A stretch of 64,000 bases of DNA from Callorhinchus milii (taxonomy: Eukaryota), in the NCBI RefSeq assembly GCF_018977255.1, contig NW_024704751.1, positions 16,244,001 through 16,308,000 of the forward strand, written 5' to 3'. How positions within the stretch are numbered: the first letter of the stretch is position 1; every line of letters starts with the position of its first letter. Under the pieces are notes generated by a model that worked only from the letters and a program-made list of their open reading frames with translations, ran no database searches and had not been told where the DNA came from. The position numbers were made by a program, and so were the translations under genes. Positions 27,849 to 39,218 of the stretch are shown here, piece by piece.

Positions 27849-28140
27849 ATGCTCCAAGTGCCCGCGGGCCGATCGCGCTCCCCGCCGCCGCCGCCGCCCC
27901 TACCGATTCCCCTTCGCACGAACCGGAGCGGCCGGTGTGGGAGCCGCCGAGGAACCGGGCCCACGCCGCCCGCAGCCGCTAACTGGCGCCTCCCGCACCC
28001 CGCCAAGCCGAGCGGCGCCGCGTGACGTGATCCGCACGCACGCACGCAAGCACGTCGCGTCACGTCACGGCGTCGGGAGCCTGGCGGGCGGCACGTGACA
28101 CGACGTTGCGATCCAGCGCGCCCGCCATCTTTGATGCTGG
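27739..28140. promoter_or_regulatory. CpG island / promoter of GMEB1
   Basis: CpG-dense. TGACGT half-sites at 28023 and 28062 (reverse), CACGTGAC at 28092, YY1-like CCGCCATCTT at 28122. Confidence 0.85.
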
Positions 28141-28204
28141 CAGAGCTCCATCCCCTCCCCCCCCCCCTTCCTCCCCCTCTGTCTCTGGTCTCTGCAGCAA
28201 CGTT

Positions 28205-28237
<33 letters not shown>

Positions 28238-28238
<1 letters not shown>

Positions 28239-28862
28239 GTGACCTCTGTTGTATATGATCAGTACCCAGTGAGCAAGAAGCATTTACTGAACTGAGCGGC
28301 TTCAAACCGACCGCCCCATAACATCGTTCACGGAGATACCACTTAAAAAGCTGAAGCCCCATCGATAGGAATCTCCGTGACCCGCACCCACTTGACCCGT
28401 CCCGTTGCCTTTCGCGTGAAACGAAACGCCTCGAAGCGCTTTGCAAACGCGACGCTGATTAGAAGGTTATTTGCCATTCGGAGAACTGTCAATAATAAAT
28501 TTTGGTCATTTTCCACCCACGACTGTTTGTTTGAGGGACGTCGCGGTGCGCCGTTGGCCGCCGCGTTCGCCCACAAATATACAGTCAATTCACTCTACAG
28601 TGTGTTCCGTGCAGCGCTTTGGGACGTCCTCCCGACGTGAAAGGCGCTATATCAAAATGCAAGGATTATTATTATTATTATTAACCTCGGGGTGGATTGG
28701 AGACGCAGCAAAGCTGTGGGTCACTGAGATTCCTATCAATGGGCTTCACCTTTTTAAGTGGTATCTCCGTGAACGATGTTATGGGGAGGTCGGTTTGAAG
28801 CCGCTCAGTTCAGTAAATGCTTCTTGCTCACTGGGTACTGATCATATACAACAGAGGTCACT
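28238..28862. repeat. ~150-bp inverted repeat (arms 28238-28386 and 28715-28862) enclosing a SINE 3' fragment (~28490-28682)
   Basis: Manual alignment gives 5 substitutions and one 1-bp indel between the arms; the outer ~75 bp are identical. Confidence 0.95.
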
Positions 28863-29256
28863 ATTTCACACATGCAGTACAGAATTCTATTGCCCAAACT
28901 GCTCAGCTCCTGTGTAACTCAAGATACCACTCACACATTTCAAGCAATGCCATTGTGCACTTTGTGCACCCAATGACCATCCACATGCCTGGGACTCTAT
29001 GGGGAACCTGAGAAATCCTACCCGTTACAAATAGCACATGAGAAAATCAGGAAGTGGTGGTGGGTCACACTAAAATTGGAAGAGTTTTAGGGACATCCTC
29101 CCAATGTGAAAGGCGCCGTACAAATGTAATTTGCTTGTTGTCGGTAGTAGCAGAGGGGTTTGAACAACAATATATAGCACCTTTCACATCTAGGGATGTA
29201 TCTAAGTCGTCTGACCCAGAGGCAAAAAGTGCTATTGAGCGAAGTAAGCTGCCCTA

Positions 29257-29868
29257 TAACAACAACAACATGATTGCATTTATAGAGCGTCGGGAGGATG
29301 TCCCAAGGCACTGGACAGTTGGGTCGGGACCCGAGCAGGGGGGAAATGGTCAGGGTGAGGGAAGGGAGGGAGCGAGCAGGGGGTAGAAAGTCGAGAGGGG
29401 AGCTGAAGGCATGGTTGAAGAGAAAGGTCAAGACCGGCCTTGAAGGAGGAAAGGGAGGAGGGGGCGAAGGCACTGGGGGATGGAGTTCCAGAGCCTCGGG
29501 GCTGAGAGGCTGAAAGCCTGGCCACCGATGATAGGGCGGTTAGGGCGGGGGATGTGGAGCAGACCAGAGCCAGAGGAACGGAGGGTACGGGCAGGTAAGT
29601 AGGGGAATAGTAGGTCGGAGAGGTAGGAGGGAGCGAGGCCGTGAATGGCCTTGTAGGTGAGGATGAGGATCTTGAATTCGATCCTCTAGGGGATGGGGAG
29701 CCAGTGGAGGCGAGCGAGGGTGGGAGTGATGTGGTCCCGAAGCCTGGTGCGGGACAGTACACGAGCTGCAGAGTTCTGAATGACCTGCAGCTTGTGGGGG
29801 GAAGTGCCGGGAAGGCCGGCGAGGAGAGAGCTCCCGTAGTCCAGCCTTGAGGTGATAAAGGCGTGGAC
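29257..29868 (-). mobile_element. 5'-truncated L2 LINE (ORF2 C-terminal remnant plus 3'UTR)
   Basis: Minus strand reads ...[19 protein letters not shown]...[10 protein letters not shown]...[13 protein letters not shown]..., and ends in (TTG)n with the shared stem-loop tail. Confidence 0.9.
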
Positions 29869-31694
29869 CTATATAGGGTGCTCTGGATTCTTAAGACACT
29901 CACTGTGCTGACAACAAGATTTATTACACATTAGAAGGGATTTGGAGGGTTGCTGGCTCACGTGGAGTATAAACACTGGCCGGATTAATTGGGACAAAGT
30001 CCTGTTTCTCTGCAGTATCATTCTGTCTACTTAGAAAATTCTGCACGAATATTAAATGTTAAAACAGCTATTACCCTGTCACCATGGGGGACAGGGAGGT
30101 GCAAGGATCATAACCTAATTTTAAAAGGGTCTTAATGACCCACATGTTGTTTGTGATCTCAGCGGATGCTCTGATCCTCTATCGTTGTGACACTTCAAAA
30201 TAAGGAGCTTCCTTTACCATAGAGATAGAATGCACTGACATCAACAGTGATACACAACCTATTGCTGTAACCATGGCAATTCACACTTCCAACACCAGCT
30301 GCTTTGATGTGAACCATAACCAGGCCAGTCACTTTGCTTACAAGCTTGTTGGTGAGCGCTTTGGTGGGTGGATGAATCGTAACAGCTTTTCATCTTCGAT
30401 GAAATCATCTTAATGTTTCTGTTTGTCAGAAATAAGAGACAACTTGCATTTTGTAAAAACCTCCCTCCCCCATCACCTCGAAATGTCACAAGTAATTACC
30501 ACTGAGTGTGGTGACTGTTTATGTAGGGTGACACAACAGCCACCAGGCCCCCGCACATCCATGAGATGAACGACCAATTAATCTGGAGGATTGCTGCTGT
30601 GGACAACTCTGCTCTCTGTTTTTGTTAAGATTCCAAAATAACTATTTTGGATAAAAGTATTGATTATTTATCTATGCTCTATTTGTAAGCGAGAGAGGGA
30701 ACATCTATACACAGAGAGGTATAATGCCCATATAGATAGTCAATGATGCTATAAATATGGAAACAGAGCTATTGTAGAGATACTGCAATTTCACCCACTA
30801 CGCCCTGGCTCTGAATCCAACCCAGACTGATAGGGTGAGAGTCTCTCCTGTCTGATGGCTGTAGAGGGTCTTGCGTGAGCAGTCTGAGCTGAGTTCTCAG
30901 TGAGCAAAAGGCACACAGCATGAAACTGCCCTGAATTCAGCACTAAATTGACAGTGTCACAGAATGGTTAGTATAAAGAATAGAAAATGTTACACCGGTG
31001 CAATAGGAAGTGCTTCTTTAAGATAGGGAAAGAGGTAGAGAGGGTGTTCCTGAGACTGGCACTGTTTGCCTGGAATGGGGAAGAGTTCCATCTCTCAATG
31101 CTAAATACCTCTCACCTTGATGAAGGCAAAATTCACCAAAAACACCAATGGTGCAATGGGTTCATGTTTTGCCTCTCTCTGTTGCCATTTACGTTGCGAG
31201 AGAAATCTCTCATCTCTCTGCGTCTCTGGTGAATCAGGAGTGGAATGTAACTGGAGCTGACCAACTCTCTGGCTCTTTCTCTCTCTCTCTATCTCTCTCT
31301 CCCTTTCGCTCTGTCTGGACAATATTCACACAGAATCCGACGCAGGGAACAAGTGGAAGGATTGAGAGCAGTGTCAGTGAATTCTCAAGTCTGCTGGGCA
31401 CCTTTGTAGCAAGTCAGTCAGAGGGAGCAGAGCAAGGAATTAAAGAGGCTTCCTGAGCTAACAGCAGCACACTAGTGCACAATTGGCTGCCGTGTTTTGT
31501 CCACAAAATATAGTCAATTCGTTTTACAATATATTCGGTGAAACACTTTGAGACGTCGCAATGACCTGATAAGGCGCTATATTAAATTCAAGGATTATTT
31601 TCACACTAATGGCTTTACCACCACCTGGAAATCACCAGAACCCAGCTGATGGAGTAGGCCTCTATATTGTGTTTGTTTTCTCAGACAAGCAGCG

Positions 31695-34600
31695 ATGACT
31701 GAAAGAAGGCGGTCCTCAAGTGATGAGAGTCTTTATGATATCTTAGAAGTGAATAAGAAAGCCACAGTGGAAGAGATCAAAGCAGCGTACAGGTGAGACA
31801 GCAGCATATAATAATAATAATCCTTGCTTTTGATATAGCGCTTTTCACATCGGGAGGACGTCCCAAAGCGCTTCACAGAACACACTGTAAAGTGAATTGA
31901 CTGTATATTTGTGGGCGAACGCAGCAGCCAATTGCGCACAGCAATGTCCCACAAACAGTCGTAGATTGAAAATGACCAATTTATTATTGTTTTTGGTTTT
32001 TGGAGGGATTATTATTAGGCTCTGTGTGGAGTAAGGAAACTTGCCCAAGGTTTCGCCCTCTGCCTGAAATTGAACTCAGGTCTCTCGCTTGCAAAGCGAG
32101 TGCTCTAACCACTGAGCTACAGGACTCCACCATATATAGGAGGATATCTCATGTCAGTGAGCAATCGTGAATGTGGATTGAGCTCTTCCCTCGTAACGGA
32201 GAGCGGTCGCTCTGAAACTGGTGTTTGGCAAATACATCCAAGGCCTAACATTTCTTCAATGTCTTCAAACGCTACGCCATCTTGTTCAAAATCTCAGACT
32301 ACACAGAATCCTGCAATAATCTTCAGTTCAGTCTGAATTTGGAAGTTGGATTACAAATTAAGACTGAATTTAAGATTTTTCCATAATCCTCCATGAGTAA
32401 GTAAGTAGGAACCTGGTTGTTAGTCGATTGAAGGTTCACTTTCCGAGGGAGACAATCATTCAAAAAAAAATTGGTCACTCAAACCATGGCTGTTTGTGGG
32501 ACACTGTTGTGCGCAATTCACTGCCGTGTTTTGTCCCCCACATACAGTCAATTCACTTTACAATATATTCTGTGAAGCACTTTGAGACATCTCAATAACA
32601 TAATAAGGCGCCATATCAAAATCAAGGATGCAAAATGATATCAAGGGCTGAGACGTGTTTGAGGAATAAGCTATGAGCAATAATTAGATAAGCTGGAGCT
32701 CTTCAGTCTCGAGAGAAGACAACTCAGAGGCGATCATCTAAAGGTAAATAAAATTTTTAATGAGATTGAATAATTAAACCCACATCAATATTTTAGGATA
32801 CAACAAGATAGTAGAACAAGAGGACACAAGTTTAGAGCCGTAAAAAGCAATTTCAGGACACACCCCTGGAAGTTTTTGTGTACTCAGAGGGTAATTAAGC
32901 AATCCAGGACACTACCCCGCGTGAAGGGTGCTATAATAAATGCAAGTTGTTGTTGTTGTTGTTTAATGACTGGAACCCGTCAAGGGTGGTTGAGGCCAGG
33001 ATACTGGGATTCATTTAAAAAGCAGTTTGACCCTGTGATGGGAGGTCGGTAGCGTGGGTGTTCTGGAAGGGTGAGATCAGATGGGCCAAAGGGCCTTCTT
33101 CGTCCGAACCGATCTTGTGGAAATTATTGTTTTTTTGGGAGGTGAAATAATGTTGAGTAACTCTGAGGCTGGCTATTGCTCAGGAAGCTGGCACTGAAGT
33201 ACCACCCGGATAAGAATCGCAATGACCCAGCTGCAGCTGAGATGTTCAAGGAAATAAACAAATCGTACATCATCCTCTCGGACCATCGGAAGAGGAGCAT
33301 CTATGATTCATATGGTTCAGCGGGGCTGCAACTGGCCTCCATGTTAGGGCAAGAGGGAGAGAAAGTGCTATCAACGAAGACGAACTACTGCTTCAAGGTG
33401 AGTTGCCTCTGAGGACATGTTTCTCCTCATTTCCTCTCCCCATCCCCACCCCCACCCCTATTTCTCTCCTGAAACCACTGCCATGTGCTGGGGGGGAGAC
33501 AGTGAAATATTAAAGGTTACAATGGGATCACTGGGTAAACCACGACTTGCAGAATGACAAGACACCATATTCTGTGGGTGCCTCAGTGTCTCACCCGCTC
33601 TTGTGTCTCGCTCTCGAGACAGAGCAAAATACAGGTACTATTTTTAGTGTATCCTGTGAAACTCTGAGAAGACTCTGATCATGTTCTCGGACTTTGGGGG
33701 CATCAATCAGCCCACATCCTGTCCTCACCCCACATCTGCACAGGAATGTCCGCACAGGGCATTGCTGAATCCTACTCAGGAAAGTTGAAACAAGTGACTC
33801 AGCTGAGATCAGTGACTCAGACAGTGGTCCATTAGGGCAGTTACACAATGGGTTGTATATAATCACTAAGTACATTCATAGTTTGGTCAGTGACATGTTA
33901 ATGAGACTCAAAAGCAACAAGCAAGATTTTCCAGAAATAATTAATCTCTATGTTGAGTCAGTTTTAACCCTTGCTGTGATGTCCTGCAGTGTTTAGCCTA
34001 TTTCTGCTGTCTCATCACCTGCTGCTGTTGCTTTCTGTGTTGCTGTTTCTGCTGCGACAATAAGAAGGAATCTGATGTGATTAATGACTTTGACCGCCTT
34101 CCCCTGTACAAAGGTGAGCACCCCAGAGTAACAACAGTGACTGAGTAAGTCTGATATTCATTATACACTAGCATTCCCAGCACAGAGCAAGAGGGCTGGC
34201 TGCTGAAGGCACTGCACTTGGAATGAAACGTTACAACAACTACAACAAAATTACATTTAAAGAGCGCCTTTCGGAAAAATGTCGGGAGAATGTCCCAAAG
34301 CGCTGCTGCACACAAATCCCAACTGACCATCTTTCCTCTGGATATTAAAGATCCTGTGACGTTAGTCTTAAAGAGAAGGGAGGTTTTTCTGTTTGTCTAC
34401 AAAATACAGGTACTATTTTTAGTATATCCTGTGAAACTCTGAGAAGACTCTGATCATGTTCAAACCAAACAAAGTGCTTTACATAATAGGGATAGAGACA
34501 TAGAAAATCAAAACATAGAAACAGAAGAGGGTTATTCGGCCCCTTGTGCCTGTTCCACCATTTTATAAGATCATGGTTGATCTGTACCACAAGTCCAAGG

Positions 34601-36326
34601 ATAGTCTGCACCAAGGAGCCATAGGTCCCTTAGAGCCCGGAAAGAGGCATCAATAGCCACAATTGCCATTTACACAGCGACTCTCACATAAAACCTCTCA
34701 AAAGTTTTATAGAATGAGATTCATTCAAAATTCCAAATGTGACAGTGATTCTCCACCAGCAACTTTCCCTGCACACAACTACTCATCTAAATTTTAATCT
34801 ACGAGGAGAATGTAAACCAGGAGAAAGTGCTCTCTCCCCATTGTGTCTGTGCTGGTGTTTGCTCTCCCACTGGAGCTCTCTTCTCTGCTCCCATCCCTGA
34901 TCCCTCCCCATCGTGACTGTGCTGGTGCTCAACAACAATAACAACAACAACTTGGATTTATATAGTGTCAACCCTGGACAGCGTCTCACAGCAATAGATC
35001 CCGAGACCGAGCCATGGGGAGGGGGATGAAGGTGCCAAAAGCACGGTCAAAAACAAAGGTCTTCAGCAGAGACCTGAAAATAGGAAGGGAGGGAGCGAGG
35101 TGAAGGGAGTGAAGAAGGGAGTTCCAGAGCCTTGGGGCATAGTGGCTGAAAGGACGGCCGCCGAGGGTGGAGTGGAGGACTCAGGGGACGAGGAGGAGGC
35201 CAGATCCGGTGGAACGAAGGCAACGGGTACTGTTTTGAGGAGAGAGGAGGTCAGAGAGGTAGAGGGGTGCAGAGGAGTGCAGGGACTTGAATACAAGGAT
35301 GAGGATCTTGAAATCGATCCTCTCTGGGATAGGGAGCCAGTGCAGGCTGGCAAGGACTGGGGTGATCGGGGAGCTGACTTTTGTGAGGGTGAGAATGCGG
35401 GCGGCAGAGTTTTGAATGATTTGGATTTTATGGATGGTAGTGGATGGGAGACCGGCGAGGAGGGTGTTGGAGTAATCCAGCCGAGAGGTGACAAAGGCAT
35501 GGACCAGGGTTTCAGCGGCTTTTGGAGTGAGGTATTGGTGGAGACTGGCGATGCATCGGAAGTGGAAGAAAGCGGTGCTGGTGAGGGACCACATGTGGGG
35601 AGGAAGGATAATTGGGGGTTGAACCTGATGCCTCGGTTGCGTATGGGTTCAGAGAGTTTTAGGGGGAGGTCGGGTGTGTGGAGGAGGTGAGAGCTGTGAG
35701 ATTTTAGATGTTGACGAGAGCCAAAGAGTATGGCTTCCGTCTTGTCAACGTTCAGCTGAAGGAAATTTGCGCTCATCCAGCCCCTGAGATCTGATAGGCA
35801 GCTGACAGAACATCAGAGGACTGGGGGTTGCAAAGAGAGGTGGAAAAATAGAGTTGAGTGTCATTTGCATACATGTGGAAGTGTACCCCATGTCTGCGGA
35901 TGACATCCCCAAGAGGGAGTTTAGATCAGAAAGAGGAGGGGGCCAAGGATGGATCCTTGGGGTACCCCGCAGGTGGGAGAGGGAGGAGAAGCCATTTGTG
36001 CAAAGGTACGACTGGCAGTTTGTGAGGTAGGACTCGAACTAGGCGAGTGTGGTCCCATTGAGGTGGATGATGGAGGAAAGGCAGTGGAGGAAGTTATTCC
36101 TCCATTGGGGCTCTCCACTCAATTCTCTGCTGTTAACATTTAGGATTCTGTGAAGAGCGAACCCAGTGAATAATCTTTACTGTGGCCAGCACATTTTAAA
36201 AACTCTTTTATGTTTTTTTTTGCAGATGACCATTCTGAAAGCTCCAGCCAAAACAGCGAAGCCAAACTAACAAAGGAGATGCCTACAATGAAGATAGTTA
36301 ATGGGCAGAATGATCCAATTCACTAA
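31695..36326 (+). CDS. DNAJC5-family cysteine string protein-like co-chaperone (~178 aa)
   Basis: Exons 31695-31792 ([33 protein letters not shown]), 33184-33397 ([11 protein letters not shown]..., 214 nt), 33990-34113 ([23 protein letters not shown]...) and a putative last exon 36226-36326. The J-domain HPD motif and a cysteine string are present with DNAJC5-type intron phases. The last exon is lower confidence. Confidence 0.88.
31809..32128 (-). mobile_element. Full-length young tRNA-derived SINE, inserted ~16 nt after a DNAJC5-like splice donor
   Basis: Near-identical to the other young copies. Confidence 0.92.
32640..33118 (+). mobile_element. Decayed CR1 LINE 3' fragment, interrupted by an L2 tail (~32905-32962)
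   Basis: Degenerate ...[17 protein letters not shown]...RTRGHKFR... reading and CR1-like 3'UTR (GATGGGCCAAAGGGCCTTCTTC). Confidence 0.7.
34931..36110 (-). mobile_element. Degraded L2 LINE with reverse-transcriptase remnants
   Basis: [26 protein letters not shown] (YADD motif mutated), [32 protein letters not shown]; frameshifted. Confidence 0.92.
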
Positions 36327-37954
36327 TTAGATGGCTGAACCTATTCGCTACAATTTTTAAATTGCATCACTGCCTTTTCCCCAAACCCCAACTATTTTAA
36401 TTTCTCCAATTCTGCCCGCTCCTTTTCTTTCTTCCCTCCTCCCCCCTCCCCTAATTCCGAAGACACTGACTCGTGTTGGGGAATGGTATCACAGAGGCCC
36501 TCTAGTACCTCGCTCAAAGGCTCAACCTTCAGGAGTGATCATGGACGGAGAGAGTTCAGAGGGTCAGTGAACAGTAGGTGGGGGGGTCTCGCCCCGAGGA
36601 CAGGATCACTGAGGCTGCCTGTGTCCCCCACTCTACGGCAAGTGCAAAGGTAGTAACCAGTATGTGTAATATCTGTTTCAGTGTCATTGGATTTCTCTAA
36701 GTGATGTTTCCTAAGTGAATGTGAAACTAATCATTGTTAACGCTAATGTTTGCAACTGTTTAGTATACAACACGGAATGGAATAATAGACATGCTTTAAA
36801 ACCCAGAAATATCTTACTGTACTGAAATGGTTAATTATCTGATGTGTCAAAAGGTGTATATATGCACACTGTACTTTATAAATTCTTTATTTCAGAAAAT
36901 GTATTATGTGTGTTTCATACCATTAAAAGTCCCTCCATCAATACTAACCCAGTGACAAACAGTAAGAGTACATTGCATTTCTTCTAAACGGTGAGGGTGA
37001 TGTTATGATGGCAATGAGCTATAAAGTCTGAGAGTGAGTTCAAGAAAGTGAGTGAGGGAGGGAGTCAGTAAGGAAGCATCAATGCTGATCAAGATAGGAT
37101 CAGATCACTCTCTCAGGGTCACCCTCACCATGAAGAACCACACTTGGCTGTTGGTTGCTCTTGGACTTTAACCGAGTAGAACTGGGGAATGCTGGAAAAA
37201 CAAGATAATGGAGTCGCCAAAAAATGAGGACTCCCTCTTTAAATAGGCTGCTGGTATACTGTGACCGTCTCTTTAAATGGAATCCTATTATTTATACTTG
37301 GACAGTATCTTTAAATAGAATCCTAATACACTGGAGCTGTGCAATGTTTTATTTTGGTGAAGGTCTTGAATTTTGCTGACTTAAAGGGACCTTGCCTCAC
37401 AAGGCAAGGGGGTGCGGTGACCGAGGGCCGAGACACATTTTGACACCCACATGACATAATGACATTTGCACGATTGTTCTCAACGTGATTTGGACCATGG
37501 GCCGACTCAGAGAAGCAGTTTGCAGAATATTTGAACACCCTGTTTAAAAACATGTACTATACTTTTCTAGTCACCTTGGTGCTAATGAGATGAGTTAGTT
37601 CTGCAACCAGTTACCACTGTGACTGAGCAATCAATGCACACTCAGCAAGTTTAGAACACAAACATTTTTTAATACAAAGTCAATGTAAAAATATATGTGC
37701 AGCATGAAATAAACAATGTGAAAATGTCTCCTCAGCCTTTCTTGGTCACATGGCTGGAGTTGTTCTTACCTGATGGTGCAAGATCTGTTTCCCGGTCACT
37801 GCCTCTGTGGTCCCCACACTGGGCGTGTGTGTGTGTGTGTGTGTGCACAGTTCCATCTTGTACAATTTAAGATAAAATGGCTTATCAAGCTGAGACTGGG
37901 GGATATTTCAGCCTTTGCATGGTTTGAAGGAGGATGCAAACGTCCACTGTTGCA

Positions 37955-38237
37955 CTGAGCATTATTGTTGCTTAGTAGTTAGCGCGCTTGCCTCGTAAGC
38001 GAGTGGACTCAGGTTCGATTCCCGGGCCCTAGGCAAGTTTCCTTATTCCACCCACCTCCATTTACCTAGCAGCAAGTAGGAAACCGGTGGTTAGTCAATT
38101 GGTGGATTGCTTTCAGGCAATAATTCCTTTTAAAAAATTATAATTTGGTCACTCAATCCTCGACTGTCTGTGCGACACTGCAGTGCCCAATTTGCTGCTG
38201 CGATTTGCCCACAAAATACATAGTCAATCCACTTTAC
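37955..38237 (+). mobile_element. Older tRNA-headed SINE subfamily with an extra central segment, truncated by a young SINE
   Basis: B-box GGTTCGATTCC at 38012; central TTTACCTAGCAGCAAGTAGGAAACCGGTGGTTAGTC; body homologous to the young SINE. Confidence 0.75.
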
Positions 38238-38567
38238 AATAATAATAATAATAATAATCCTTGCATTTGATATAGCGCTTTTCACGTCGGGAGGACGTCC
38301 CAAAGCGCTTCACAGAACACACTGTAAAGTGAATTGACTGTATATTTGTGGGCGAACGCGGCAGCCAATTGCGCACAGCAATGTCCCACAAACAGTCGTA
38401 GATTGAAAATGACCAATTTTTTATTGTTTTTGGTTTTTTTTGGTGGGATTATTATTAGGCTCTGTGTGGAGTAAGGAAACTTGCCCAAGGTTTCGCCCTC
38501 TGCCTGGAATTGAACTCAGGTCTCTCGCTTGCAAAGCGAATGCTCTAACCACTGAGCTACAGGACTC
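38238..38567 (-). mobile_element. Full-length young tRNA-derived SINE
   Basis: Same family as 40812-41136. Confidence 0.92.
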
Positions 38568-38960
38568 AGTGCAGGGGAGGGAGAGGAGGGGAAAGAGGTG
38601 GGGAGGGGTGAGCAGGACTGAGTGAAAGTGCATCCGTGTCGTTTGTTGGAGTGACAGTCACCACATGGCACAGCTGCAGAGCCATTCATTCCGGGGACAC
38701 CAGACTGTATCACATCACGGCCATTTCTGTTTGTGACCCGAGCGCTCCTGATTATTCAGCGGTTTTTAATCTGCCCTTATGTTGAGCCGTCACTTTCTCT
38801 CACCTCTGGATTTAGGTCCCAGATTTCACAGCGTCCAAAATAATCCCGGCCTCATTCAGGTGCTGAAATGTTTCATATACAGTACTGCAGTAGAGTGTGT
38901 CCCAGTTAATGGCCGTGCCCTCACCAAGTGCTGTTGAGTTTGACAACTCACCCACTGTGT

Positions 38961-38992
<32 letters not shown>

Positions 38993-39185
38993 GCACGGGT
39001 GACTGGTGCAGGTTAGCTGCTGCATTTGCCTCCACAACAACGTCTGAAATTAAAACAGAGCTTATTACTTATTTCCAGATCATCAGTTTCGCCCACAAAT
39101 ATACAGTCAATTCACTTCATAGTATATTCTGTGAAGCGCTTTGAGACATCTAGAAGACATGAAAAGCCCTATATCAAATGCAAGG

Positions 39186-39218
<33 letters not shown>

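Noticed and set aside
26945-28098. 260-351 aa ORFs
   Set aside because: Artefacts of translating through the N gap.
35063-36118. RT-like ORFs as an active retroelement
   Set aside because: Frameshifts, internal deletions, YADD mutated to YAND, and no endonuclease or ORF1.
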